DNA of 64,000 bases from an uncultured virus (IMG/VR IMGVR_UViG_3300038321_000417) (IMGVR_UViG_3300038321_000417); one strand, 5' to 3'. Shown: positions 50,101 through 59,568, numbered from the stretch's first letter. A program made the numbers and translations. The notes: generated by a model not told the origin, from the letters alone.

Positions 50101-51497
50101 ACCCCATATTTAACATCATCATCTAGCAAATAAAATCCTGCTGTTAATGCATCAGTATAAGTTATTTCCTGCCTCGATGTAAAGCTTCTGCCATTCTTAA
50201 CGTCCATAGCAATAAGCAAGGTTGTTAGCTCTCTTAAATCGGCTGGAAAACCCTCTACATTATAATTATAATTGAAATATCCCACATTTGCTAAAGGATA
50301 GTTTACTAACGCATACATTCCTGCTATGTCACCGAATGTTTTAATTGTTGCACCCGAGTCGTAGTCTTTTATTCTTACAGAAGTGTTTAAAGGTATTTCT
50401 GTCTTACTTTTTACTTCTTGGTAGCCTACTCCTAGAGCTTGTTCGTAATCTGTTTGTAGATGGAGTTTTTCTGTATTGTGAGTGTAAGGATCAGTGTAAG
50501 ATACAAATAAAGTGTCCATTGCCCCATCAGGATAAGACGGTGTTAAATACTTACCCAATATTGCTTTTTTAATATAGTTCGCACCTAACCAATTGTTGAG
50601 TACAGCATTGTTCCACCTAACATCAGTTCCATCTGTGTATGCAGAATTATGAAGTCCATTGTATTTCTTTAAAGCTTCTACATACTGTCCACCTGACGAA
50701 AATTCATCTTTCGCTGAGTAACTGCCCCATTCATCCATGTCTGTGTACGCCGTGGCTATATATTGCCCCTCTCCTACCTTTATGAATGGCTTTATCCCTA
50801 CTTGAAAGAATATGTAAACATTTTCTCCATTGTTCACCGCATTTAATTTATTTAATGCTTCCAACGCAGTGTATGTCATGCTCTCAGGCTTTAATGTACC
50901 ATTACTATTATATATCTGATAATCTGGTGAGTATGTTTTATTCTGCTGTGATGCGGGTAACGCTGGAATTGTGTAACCTGCGTAAACTGTCTTTATCTTA
51001 TCTAATCCATACTGTCCACTTGCAATTCCTCTGTACCATCCTGGAAATCCATTTGCAGCTACACCCTCATTTGGTACTAACTTTGCAAGTCTATCGCAGT
51101 TAGCAAATGATGTACCAGTCGAGGATGATGGCGTAAATAGTTTTACTGTACCTATTCCACTTGAATTGTTTTCGTATACGGATATGTAAGATAGGGATTC
51201 GTAATCCCATACTTTCAGATACTCCTGTATTAACTTTTCTTTCGTACTATTCTCGATATCTAAATACGGTGCTTCGATTCTAAGACAATTCTTCATGTCG
51301 TCTTCTGTAACAGCATATACCCTTGTTGCGTTCGTTCTTAAAGGATCAATTACCGCCCATGTACCCTCTGAAATTAACCTTGATGAATACCCTGTGCCAC
51401 TTAAATCTGTTTCTGTAGCACTTACTGTCAGCATGAGCGAACATATAATTAAGCCAATTAGTGTAAGTACCAGTTTAAACCTTGACTTGTTCAACAA
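47121..51497 (-). CDS. Giant secreted/surface protein
   Basis: Signal peptide (VSA/T), S/T/Y/G-rich beta-type composition, 1458 aa; AGGAG RBS. Confidence 0.8.
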   Translation of the reverse strand: MLNKSRFKLVLTLIGLIICSLMLTVSATETDLSGTGYSSRLISEGTWAVIDPLRTNATRVYAVTEDDMKNCLRIEAPYLDIENSTKEKLIQEYLKVWDYESLSYISVYENNSSGIGTVKLFTPSSSTGTSFANCDRLAKLVPNEGVAANGFPGWYRGIASGQYGLDKIKTVYAGYTIPALPASQQNKTYSPDYQIYNSNGTLKPESMTYTALEALNKLNAVNNGENVYIFFQVGIKPFIKVGEGQYIATAYTDMDEWGSYSAKDEFSSGGQYVEALKKYNGLHNSAYTDGTDVRWNNAVLNNWLGANYIKKAILGKYLTPSYPDGAMDTLFVSYTDPYTHNTEKLHLQTDYEQALGVGYQEVKSKTEIPLNTSVRIKDYDSGATIKTFGDIAGMYALVNYPLANVGYFNYNYNVEGFPADLRELTTLLIAMDVKNGRSFTSRQEITYTDALTAGFYLLDDDVKYGVAEPMFVDMTAFRSLPSDKQEEIGASTALTRNHFKLENRTLKGALCIPYYLGSPFINSSDNMSFTKTLKVRVKSASSPTWMGEFHLSLTSMRFRFYNPTTADEVYAPLYGANINENLSHIFNLWSGAHALNSDNPLVIEFEFETMDVMDLTMKVVAEYNLLDGTKQREPIASIGSVTKSTLYNFGGIEHVLKQSVISDTHESGSNSVVGAIKGYSYRTGYSPVAIIAESPNGSEVTVSTYENYISDTGDRDFFHTSSRPYWVNQNGKHIFTFESMSEVNNYRNNVGTIVVSYQQDMPSTPIVSGDYTIEENMLTRYYPQLTGGNFNTFTVSKNSYSPTSGSRTASISETTDTTSMNLPKSYNGVSWDSSKGDSHSYITNSDDYTWREYELQAWEVIEAEHLTEKKSIGTITCSRITGPPPDSIYRSYVHVKDLSETLAEYEVFTCSRIPDKYGWVDQGEYVETCSPSGSDRYGDLPTSTPYAGTDKRWDCIDDLDFLEIRDYTHTYTFKDTYNNLFDNYEEYGVRSTESMPELIHNALNTEKFKSSTSFTDLTMSGIDTTLLFSRSGYGDLPTLASWKGSGASFPLNLFPCNNRPVNVRKPSGSTTSYIDLVTQDNKIRWKRIFDRGLFSNVFNLYTSFSVPTLPRQNINLAVKTFVPTTKSVINTPVYDSSKSGSTTTYRITSPTPIYFYPEVPMKYYTTSGSEGTAYVVGEVRRVLTPVTVHSISTTAIHNENLVLNAPYARDAKAKALNGRISGYDGVLPSGSAFSLESITPKTFTLTSYFLRVKAAYSSAWGNPTDTSLSMHQAFVNSFMSAIPTTLKFKLEGQMINNFASQFKFNAVIEKTKSAPTTKVYDVGYINDVTTSPALPATTLDQMELSGSNSRLLNALQKNSGEGNWYNEQTTGTLEIVRYVTTVTLTKPFASGILPFDIGPDTGEFTDQFREGYRAEFYYDIVPAQTFTIMGKPFGIGMTVDDTGFYRRFIISDTTTSDY

Positions 51498-51531
51498 AAA
51501 TCACTCCTAACTCTAAATTTTCCATTAGTAA

Positions 51532-53079
51532 CTATTCTACTATTAAGGGTATTTTGTTAGCCTCACAATAAGTCACATATGCAAAAACTCCCGCTGACGA
51601 AAATTCAATCTTTAAGTCCTCATTGATAAACTTATGCCAATTCTCCCTTTTTGCTTCAAATGTGTCTCCTGTAATACCTAATAATGTCATGTGATTGCCT
51701 AATCGTATCTCGTATGATTCTAAGAATTCAAACTTAAACCCTAAACTTTCCTCAAACCATAACTTTTTACGTGTCATGTCCCAATCTTCATTGTACATTT
51801 CTACAAGTTCACCGATAAGCATTGAGCCACTTTCTACACCACTATTGTGTGAACCTATATCTTTGTTTACTTCTTGATACGCTACAGGGTTATATTCTCC
51901 TGCATTAAAGTTTAAACCAGACGTGTCTTTCTGTCTTTTATATACAGGTAATCTCTGTGACGGTCTGTATGCTCTTGCAAGTGTAGCTATTGCTTCTGCT
52001 CTTGTAAGCTGTTTGTTCCAACCAGATGATCCGTCAGGCATACCACACATGATACCCTGATAATTTAACCCATTAACTACCCTAATTGTCTGCTCTGTAA
52101 GTGGTTCTGTACCTGCTACTACCCTTTGGAATGGGGGATAGTAATAAGGTAAGGATACCCCAAATTCCTGTATAAGTCTTCCTACTTCAGGAGAATCCCA
52201 TTGACACTCACTTGACGGTTTAAATGTTGATGGTGTATCGTTAAAGTATTTAACTTTTGCCATCATGTTTCCTATCTCTGGTGTTATTTCTTTAACCACT
52301 GCTTTAGCCACCAAACTCGCTATTTCCCCTCTGTAACAAGGTTGTTCCATATCTTCTATTGAGTATGTTCCGAATGGAATACCATCTACTGTGTACGCAT
52401 AGGAAAACCACCACCTATTTTGCATACCTTTAAACCTGTCATTGCACCTAAACTTATCATAATCAGGTCTTTTTGACATAAAGTATTCCACTTCATCTGC
52501 CGTCATTCCCCGAATCCCTTGCAATCTCCCAATCATAGCCCAAAACTCTGCCCTTGTAACTATGTTAGTTCCTGCAAATACTAAACCCTCTGAACCCATT
52601 CCGTTTATGATACCCTTTGATGTCATTAATGCTAAATCTTTTATATACCATTCTGTCCCTGTTATGTCTGAAAACCTATAAGGCATTAGCTCAACTATCT
52701 TTGCAATTTCCTCGTCAGTATAAAGTTCGGCTTTCTTAGTCCTGTCAATTCCCATAGCCTCTACTTTTGCATAAAACTGCTCTTGTGTCAATCTTTCTTC
52801 TTCATGTATTGTATTCTCATATGCAGGTGTATTAGTTGCCATTAAGATGTGTAACTCTTTTTCTGGTTCTAAGTTAATCACAAACACATCCGGTGTCTTA
52901 TTGATTACTTTGTTTACGTACGCAACAATAGAAGTCTTTTCTCTGCCAAACCTGTCAAAATAACTGTCCCCGTCTCTTAGACTGTTAAGCGTAAAACCCG
53001 GTAATGAGTTCGCCAATATCATTACCGCCACAATCCCACCGTTTATTACTTTCGTACATATATTACCTTTAAATGCCAT
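51532..53079 (-). CDS. S-layer homology (SLH) domain protein
   Basis: FSDITGTEWY...KGIING...VTRAEF and GIMCGMPDG...LTRAEAIATL; ATG 53079 with GGGAGG. Confidence 0.85.
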   Translation of the reverse strand: MAFKGNICTKVINGGIVAVMILANSLPGFTLNSLRDGDSYFDRFGREKTSIVAYVNKVINKTPDVFVINLEPEKELHILMATNTPAYENTIHEEERLTQEQFYAKVEAMGIDRTKKAELYTDEEIAKIVELMPYRFSDITGTEWYIKDLALMTSKGIINGMGSEGLVFAGTNIVTRAEFWAMIGRLQGIRGMTADEVEYFMSKRPDYDKFRCNDRFKGMQNRWWFSYAYTVDGIPFGTYSIEDMEQPCYRGEIASLVAKAVVKEITPEIGNMMAKVKYFNDTPSTFKPSSECQWDSPEVGRLIQEFGVSLPYYYPPFQRVVAGTEPLTEQTIRVVNGLNYQGIMCGMPDGSSGWNKQLTRAEAIATLARAYRPSQRLPVYKRQKDTSGLNFNAGEYNPVAYQEVNKDIGSHNSGVESGSMLIGELVEMYNEDWDMTRKKLWFEESLGFKFEFLESYEIRLGNHMTLLGITGDTFEAKRENWHKFINEDLKIEFSSAGVFAYVTYCEANKIPLIVE

Positions 53080-53153
53080 GTTGAAAACCTCCCGATTCTT
53101 CAATATACCCTTTATAAGATTATGTACCTAAATTTTAAGTAAACGGTGAAATA

Positions 53154-53182
53154 AAAAATAAGATGTATCTATATACATCTTA
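53154..53182 (-). terminator. Rho-independent terminator
   Basis: AATAAGATGTAT...ATACATCTTATT. Confidence 0.7.
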
Positions 53183-53216
53183 TTCATGTTAATATATGCA
53201 GTTATTTACTTTAACT

Positions 53217-53927
53217 TTAAACTTCCATTTCGCTGCCGTCATCTAAAATAGCAACTCTACGTCTCCCGATTTTTTGCCCGTAATCATTTATTTCAGCCAC
53301 TTCTTTCAATTCCATTATGCTTGTCCTTTTGTAAAAACCTGATTCGGAAATACCCAACAAATAGTACCCCTCTTTATTCTTACATAATGCACTGCCATTT
53401 TTAAAAGGTTCACCGTAAACAGCCTCGTGATCAAATCTACCGTTATATGTCAAATACCAAGCTTTTAAATCGGAATCAAGTCCCGTCACAACTTTACTCT
53501 CGTTATCAAGTTCGAATCTCTGGGCTTCTTTTACCGCTATTAGCATGGTGTTGTCATCTGGAAACTCCAACCATGTAAAAATGTTAATCGGTGGCTTGTC
53601 TTTAAATTTACAAGTGTAGAGGCTCAACAGCATTCCTTTTGGAATATCTTTGTGAATGTTTAACTCCACAGTATCTGGATGAAGTTCACTTATCCGATTT
53701 ATGAAAATCCCCTCAATTTCAAGACACATATCCCAGACAGTACTCCCGCCCTGTTTCTTTGTTTTTTTAACTCTCTCGAGAAATTCAAAGTCACCCTCTC
53801 TTTTTGCTTGTTCAATTAAATCCTTTTCCGCTTCTCTCGTTTTCTTAAGAAATTCAGAGTCGCTGTTCGACTTTTTAAATTGCCTGACAAAGTCTCTATT
53901 AGACTTTTTCTTCGCCAATATCTCCAA
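53217..53927 (-). CDS. Hypothetical protein, paralog family (WG-repeat-like FxNGxAL motif)
   Basis: PFKNGSALCK; C-terminal EVAEINDYGQKIG shared with neighbour. Confidence 0.7.
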   Translation of the reverse strand: MEILAKKKSNRDFVRQFKKSNSDSEFLKKTREAEKDLIEQAKREGDFEFLERVKKTKKQGGSTVWDMCLEIEGIFINRISELHPDTVELNIHKDIPKGMLLSLYTCKFKDKPPINIFTWLEFPDDNTMLIAVKEAQRFELDNESKVVTGLDSDLKAWYLTYNGRFDHEAVYGEPFKNGSALCKNKEGYYLLGISESGFYKRTSIMELKEVAEINDYGQKIGRRRVAILDDGSEMEV

Positions 53928-54053
53928 CCCCTCTCTTTTTACTAACTTTTTTTAATACTTCGACTACTACTTACGTTTAAATTGACTTTCAGTGTCTAAT
54001 TACTCACTATTACCTCTTTGGATTTATGTGCTTGAATTTTAAATAAAAAGTAA

Positions 54054-54100
54054 AAAAATAAGAGATAATCATATACCTCTTATAGTGTTGATTATCTCTT
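54054..54100 (-). terminator. Rho-independent terminator
   Basis: AAGAGATAATCA...TGATTATCTCTT. Confidence 0.65.
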
Positions 54101-54320
54101 TAATGTATACAACAAAAACACCGCTTTGTTGCTATTATTTAAGTTTTAGAAGATATGTGCAATTCTCTTTTAGCCATTCTTCAACTTCTAAATCAGTAAG
54201 ATACCACGTGTCTGTGAACCAAAAACCAAATTGTAAAACAAAAAAAAAAAAATCGGGAAGTGTTTAATAACTAATTATGAATTTAATATATTCGATTTAT
54301 GCCGATTGAATCGTTTAAAG

Positions 54321-55157
54321 TCATGCTCTCATAACTTGATTGAATGGAATATCTATTCCTCTTGTTTTGAAGTAAGGATTGCCGTCAACATCATATCTGA
54401 TTTTTGCGTGACTTTTCTTACCGTTGTTCCAGCTAAAAATAACCTTGTCCTCTGTACCGTGAAGTATGCAATAAATATTTACTGATGTATTGTTTGAAAC
54501 TACATATGAGCCAATTACTTTCATAGTGTTATCTTCCTTTCCACCATCATAAAATTCTATAGTTTCCCCTCTGCTTGTGGTCAAGAGTTTAATCTTTCCA
54601 ATCTTCCTACCATTACTATCAAGTTTATCAACTTCTTCAATCTTCACAATAGTCGCTAAAAGCTCCAGTTTATCAGAAACTACAAATGTACTCCCCTGAG
54701 CCTTGACTAGTGCCATTCCGTTTCTAAACTTAGAAACATAGTCACACTTCCGTACGCTCTGGTCTTTAATACCTATTAAATAGTACAGATTAGATTCAAC
54801 TCCCCGTACCCACAAAGTATCATTGTGAGTCTCATACCCTGCCATTTGAAGAGAGTGAATTTGTCTACGATCTTTGTTAAACCAACAAACATGATATTCC
54901 GCAGGTTTTGTTTCAAAATTACACTTAACTATGGATAGTAAGTTCTTAACGTTTAAACGTTCAATTACCTCAACACTTGTACAATCGGGATTTTGCTTTT
55001 TTATATGGTTAACTATTCCCTTATGTATCTCAGCCAAATGTGATCCAGTTTGATTAAGATCGTTCTGTACATTCTTAACAAACTGTGATTCCTCACGTTT
55101 AAACTTCGAGTTTAATATCGCTTTGTCTAGACTTCTAAAAAATGTTCTAATACCCAT
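54321..55157 (-). CDS. Paralog of 53217 gene, apparently fused to a downstream small gene
   Basis: KFRNGMALVK, EEVDKLDSNGRKIG; internal GGAAAGGAAG + ATG at 54524. Confidence 0.7.
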   Translation of the reverse strand: MGIRTFFRSLDKAILNSKFKREESQFVKNVQNDLNQTGSHLAEIHKGIVNHIKKQNPDCTSVEVIERLNVKNLLSIVKCNFETKPAEYHVCWFNKDRRQIHSLQMAGYETHNDTLWVRGVESNLYYLIGIKDQSVRKCDYVSKFRNGMALVKAQGSTFVVSDKLELLATIVKIEEVDKLDSNGRKIGKIKLLTTSRGETIEFYDGGKEDNTMKVIGSYVVSNNTSVNIYCILHGTEDKVIFSWNNGKKSHAKIRYDVDGNPYFKTRGIDIPFNQVMRA

Positions 55158-55187
55158 CTCTTTATTCTCCTTTATGAAAGTATTGTT

Positions 55188-55292
55188 TTAAAATTCTTTT
55201 ACTTCACCATTACATGTCGTCAACAATTTTACTGTTCCTATTTTTAGTCCGTAATCATTGACCTTGTCTACTTCTTCAACCTTTACTATTTC
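55188..55292 (-). pseudogene. 3' remnant of third paralog
   Basis: Translates EIVKVEEVDKVNDYGLKIGTVKLLTTCNGEVKEF*, no start, in-frame TAA upstream. Confidence 0.8.
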
Positions 55293-55532
55293 TTATAGCA
55301 CTTCTATGCATCTTTCAACACAGCTCTGTTAACTTTCCTTATCACGTTCCGTGTTTTCCTGTCCTACATTACTTCACAACCGCTTTTTATTTACTCCAAT
55401 TATACTGAAACGAAATTATCACTTCTTTTATATATTAAGTGTTTATTTTTATGCCGGTAGGAATATTTAATCCCTGTAACATAATTCTGTATATGCCTTT
55501 AATACTTTCATTCAGCCTACTTTGATTATTGT

Positions 55533-55739
55533 TTAAGCCAATTTTGTTATAAAATAAGTATCTCTTACGGATCGTCCCGAGTAACATTTGAATAAATTCC
55601 ACACATCATAGCTATCAAGTTCAAGCTCTTTTAATATGTAATACACTCCTTTAAAAATAAATATTTTATAAATAAGTAAATTTATTTTTAAATTAGTTCC
55701 ATTACCCAATTTCTTGTATATTGCAAACTGTTCTTTCAT
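55533..55739 (-). CDS. Small hypothetical protein; C-terminus resembles tail of 61817 gene
   Basis: ILKELELDSYDVW...GR...DTYFI vs LLKELGLKEYNPY...GQ...DDFYWI. Confidence 0.45.
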   Translation of the reverse strand: MKEQFAIYKKLGNGTNLKINLLIYKIFIFKGVYYILKELELDSYDVWNLFKCYSGRSVRDTYFITKLA

Positions 55740-55752
55740 GGTCGATTCCGCT

Positions 55753-55995
55753 TTACATCATGTTCATGTTAAACCCATTCATCTCCACAAGTTGATTACC
55801 GCATTTCTTACAGATAAAGTCCCACTCACTTCGTTTAGTATGCTCTGTACGCTTATTGCAGTATGTGCATAGCTTTATGACAATTGATTGATTCGATATT
55901 TCCGATACCTTTAAGTTACCGCAAACCGTACATATTTGATTTCCTGATTTTAGTCTGTAAAACTTATTTTCGGATTTACACTTTTTACACGTCAT
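55753..55995 (-). CDS. Cys-rich double Zn-ribbon protein
   Basis: CKKC, CTVC, CTYC, CKKC; AAGGGGG RBS. Confidence 0.7.
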   Translation of the reverse strand: MTCKKCKSENKFYRLKSGNQICTVCGNLKVSEISNQSIVIKLCTYCNKRTEHTKRSEWDFICKKCGNQLVEMNGFNMNMM

Positions 55996-56013
55996 GTTAA
56001 TACCCCCTTTCTA

Positions 56014-56433
56014 CTAATCTCTGTCCTCTACCTCTATGTCTAACATTAACTCGGTTAATCCCTTTAATGCATCTGTGATTTGTACAGAATATTTGAGGCT
56101 AAAATCGTTTTCCATGTACTCCTTTTCGGCGTCTATTGCTTCTACCATGTAGACTAATATTTCTTTTTCTCTTTCATTTAATTTTTTGTGACTGTAAATG
56201 TGTTTATTGATAATTTTATTTGCATTTTCGTAAAACGGTTCTAGTCGATTAAAAGTCTCTATGTAACTTATTTCCATCAAGCAATCACACATGTCAAGAA
56301 AAAATTTGTCTCCAATCCCCTCGGCTTTTCTATTGAGTAATTCTCTTTCATCCTCGGTATATCCGCATCCTGACAATAGTAACGTAAAAATTAAACTAAT
56401 TATTAGAATTCTTTTCATTTCTTTGTGTACCAC
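56014..56433 (-). CDS. Lipoprotein
   Basis: Lipobox LLSGC. Confidence 0.75.
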   Translation of the reverse strand: MVHKEMKRILIISLIFTLLLSGCGYTEDERELLNRKAEGIGDKFFLDMCDCLMEISYIETFNRLEPFYENANKIINKHIYSHKKLNEREKEILVYMVEAIDAEKEYMENDFSLKYSVQITDALKGLTELMLDIEVEDRD

Positions 56434-56442
56434 CTCTCTTTA

Positions 56443-57369
56443 TTAGTCTGATACCCCCTTGCCTGAGGTTAGTTCGTTATACATAGCCACATTCATTGCC
56501 TTTATCAAGAATTTTACAAACGAAGTGATGTCGCCATATCTATTGTTAGCCATTGCAAAACACTTATGATATTCTGGAACATCTGAATTAATGCCTTTAC
56601 TTATACTTAGCCCCTCAAACTTATTAAGTCCGCTTTTAATAAGATAGTACCTGTGTAAAAGTCTTGCTATTCTCCCGTTTCCATCCCAAAAAGGGCTTAT
56701 GTATAATGCTAAATAATGAAGTAGGCATCCTCTTATAACTATTGTTTCAATATCGTTTACTTTAATGTTAAATAGCCCTATGTATTCTTTCATTACTTCA
56801 TCAATCTTACTTGCTTTGACCCTGTTATAACTTTCTTTATCCTGTGAATTTTTTAATGCTGAATCATTTGTCCGGTATTCTCCACAATAATCTAAATGCT
56901 CTTTATCAGTCAAGCACCTAGTTAATTCTTTTGCAATAAGCGATAAGTCGTACTTCGATAACTTCCACAAATTTTTGGTTGTATTCAATATTCTATATAC
57001 GTTAAACACCATTAACTCGGATTCATTATTAAATACAATTGTGTCTTGCTTTATCTTTTCTAACATTCTATTATAAGTGATGACTGCATAGTCTATTTGT
57101 GCTGAACAAACTGCTTCTGTTAATGTATACTTGACGCCACTTCTTTTGTCTTCTACCTCTTTGTATAGCTTTTTAAATAACTGTAAATCCCACTTCAAAG
57201 CTTTTTCATATATCCAGAATGTTTTATTCAATGTCCAAAAATAATATTTTAAAGATTCTTTTTTTCTCAATGATATGTATTCTTTTAATTCATCAGGTTT
57301 TAATTTTATATTTAACGTCTGATAGTCTGGATATTTATCACTCTTTATATATTTTTTAGTATCTATCAA
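56443..57369 (-). CDS. Fic-domain protein with His-to-Ser in catalytic motif
   Basis: GEYRTND, ISPFWDGNGRIARL; start uncertain. Confidence 0.85.
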   Translation of the reverse strand: MIDTKKYIKSDKYPDYQTLNIKLKPDELKEYISLRKKESLKYYFWTLNKTFWIYEKALKWDLQLFKKLYKEVEDKRSGVKYTLTEAVCSAQIDYAVITYNRMLEKIKQDTIVFNNESELMVFNVYRILNTTKNLWKLSKYDLSLIAKELTRCLTDKEHLDYCGEYRTNDSALKNSQDKESYNRVKASKIDEVMKEYIGLFNIKVNDIETIVIRGCLLHYLALYISPFWDGNGRIARLLHRYYLIKSGLNKFEGLSISKGINSDVPEYHKCFAMANNRYGDITSFVKFLIKAMNVAMYNELTSGKGVSD

Positions 57370-57504
57370 TGTTTTTTCAGGTATTTCATAAGCATATACA
57401 TATGTACCTAAATCTTCATTAAAGACTTTAACCAGTTCTCCTTTAGGTGCTTTTTGTTCTTCTTTGGATAGTACCTACTTATCAGGTCACGTATCAAAAT
57501 TGTT

Positions 57505-57690
57505 GAATTATACCCCTCTCTTCTCACCGTTAACATAAAGTTATAAAAAATTATATAAAATATATAAAAATCTATAAAATTATTGCTTCCTTTTTCAGCG
57601 TGTCCGATTTTGTGACCAAGTCACTACTTTCGTTTGTTTAACACTCCAAAGGCTTAAATTCCCTGTAACGGACAGGTACATAAATAAATT
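57505..57690 (-). ncRNA. Putative TnpB omegaRNA (right-end scaffold plus flanking guide)
   Basis: GTACCTGTCCGTTACAGGGAATTTAAGCCTTTGGAGTGT...GGACACGCTGAAAAAGGAA with nested stems between tnpB stop and right end; boundaries approximate. Confidence 0.6.
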
Positions 57691-57703
57691 GCCTTTATGA
57701 TGG

Positions 57704-58841
57704 CTAACTTATTTTATACTTAGCAAGATTTAATGAAGCATTAAAGTCTCTATCAATCTTTAATCCACAGCTATCACAAACATAAACTCTTTCAGATAAA
57801 CTTAAATTTATTTTCTTGTTCCCACAACAACTACATAGTTTAGATGAAGGATACCACCTGTCGGCTTTAATAAATTCCACTCCGTAAAACTTACACTTGT
57901 ATTCAAGGTAAGTGACAAACTTGTTTAAGCCCTGTTTAGCTATTTTTTCAGACAAGTGCTTATTCTTCATCATGCCTCGTATATTTAAGTCTTCTACCAC
58001 TACACGATACGGTTTGGTTTTTACTATATCGTATGTAGCTTGGTGTATATGTGTGTTTCTTATGTTTTTAAGCTTTCTATGTAGTAGTTTTATTTGTTTT
58101 TCAAGCTTTATAATGTTTTTAGATTTATCCCATTTGCAATCGCCCCCCTTTATTCTTGTTTTGTTCATGTTTCCTACTTACTTGCCTTTGTAGATGTTTT
58201 AATCTTTTTTCTAATGTCTTTACTCTGGGTGAATTGTTTATGTTTTTAACCTCTACCCCATCACTTCTCACAGCTAACTTTTTTATGCCCAAATCTACCC
58301 CTACTGTCGCACCCCCTAAATTAGGTTTATGTTCCTCAACCTCAAAAGAGTAGCTTAGATACCAGTACTTCCCGTCAAAACTTACTCTTGGGTTATTGGC
58401 TGGAAATACTATGTTATTAGGTCTGATTCTTACAAACTCTTTTATCCCTGTTAGTTTTATGTGTTCGCTGTCTACCTGACGAAAGTTATCAGTCCTCTGG
58501 TAAAAAGACTCTGTACACTTACCTTTTTTCTTAAACTTAGGAAAACCTATGTTCCCACGTTTAAAAAAGTTTTTATACGCAGTATCTAAGTCCTTTATTG
58601 CCTGTTTTGTGACAGCTTCAGGAACATCCAATAACCAAGCATACCGTTCAGTCTCGTATTTAAGACTTTTAACAAAGTCAATTAAATTTTGAGTAGTTAA
58701 ACTCTCGTTATATTCCCTGTAATACTCAATTTTTAATCCTAACGCATAATTGTATACGAATCTTGCTGCTCCTGCAAATTGTTTAAACTTTGTCTCTTGA
58801 TCAGGTGTAGGAAATAGTCTTATTTTTTCAGATACCATCAT
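57704..58841 (-). pseudogene. tnpB: TnpB RNA-guided nuclease, frameshifted at G6 tract
   Basis: GVDLG, VVEDL, SSKLCSCCG...CDSCG, DRDFNASLN; removing one G at 58143-58148 joins the two ORFs. Confidence 0.9.
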
Positions 58842-59455
58842 AACTCCCCAACTCCCTCAGATAACGCTTTTATTATCTCTCTTGTTTTTCTTACTCTTTT
58901 CCCTTGTAGCCTACAACTAAATACAGTTATTATTTGTATTAAATCTTCAACTAACTCCTGCTGTTCAGTCTTTTCTGTATTGTCTATTATTTCTATTTCT
59001 GTCCCGAACTTAGCACAAATAAATTCAATAATTTCAAAACCAAACCTCAATAATCTATCCTTGTATAGTATTACAACCTTATCCACTTCACCCGAAGTTA
59101 TACTATCAAGGAGTTTTTTGAACCCTGGCTTAGTATAGTTTATACCAGAACCTATGTCTGTTATCAAACTAAATTGATACCCCTTTGCTAACATATATGT
59201 TTTAACATTTTCTATTTGCCGTTCCAAGTCATCCTTTTGTTTGTGAGAAGAAACCCTACAGTACCCTATGATTACTCTCGGTACTTTAAAAACAGGCTCA
59301 TTCAGATACTTCCTTAACTGACTGTCTGAATAATACCTTGTCCCACCGTCTGTCACTTTAGCCGGTTTTAATTTTCCACTAGAGTCCCAGTTTCTTAATG
59401 TTTGTACTGAAACCCCTATTTTTTTAGCAAACTTGCCAATACTATATAATTCCAC
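58838..59455 (-). CDS. tnpA: IS607 TnpA serine recombinase
   Basis: MerR-type HTH (SIGKFAKKIGVSVQTLRNWD), GYCRVSSHKQKDDLERQ, DRLLRFG. Confidence 0.95.
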   Translation of the reverse strand: MELYSIGKFAKKIGVSVQTLRNWDSSGKLKPAKVTDGGTRYYSDSQLRKYLNEPVFKVPRVIIGYCRVSSHKQKDDLERQIENVKTYMLAKGYQFSLITDIGSGINYTKPGFKKLLDSITSGEVDKVVILYKDRLLRFGFEIIEFICAKFGTEIEIIDNTEKTEQQELVEDLIQIITVFSCRLQGKRVRKTREIIKALSEGVGEL

Positions 59456-59568
59456 AGTTATATAATCCCACCTCTAACATAATTATAGCATAATTATAGC
59501 ATAAATAGCTATAAAAATCAACATCTTTTTATAGATATTATAATATTATTTTACATTTGATCCTACTG

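Larger units (their letters stand above)
57527..59563 (-). mobile_element. IS607-family insertion sequence
   Basis: tnpA + tnpB; left end TAGG/ATCAAATG, right end ...TAACGG (GG at both junctions); TATAAAA-type subterminal repeats at both ends; ends inferred by eye. Confidence 0.85.

Noticed and set aside
53100..53150. Sporulation-sigma-like CATAATCTT promoter upstream of SLH gene
   Set aside because: Too degenerate in AT-rich DNA to support
53925..53940. AAGAGAGGGGT match to predicted TnpB guide
   Set aside because: Partial match explained by shared Shine-Dalgarno sequence; no TAM context
57541..57580. TATAAAA-type repeats as CRISPR or iterons
   Set aside because: Short, no spacers; explained as IS607 subterminal repeats. 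No CRISPR array seen in the window
59455..59563. Group I intron (IStron) at IS607 left end
   Set aside because: Only ~105 bp between left end and tnpA, too short for a ribozyme core
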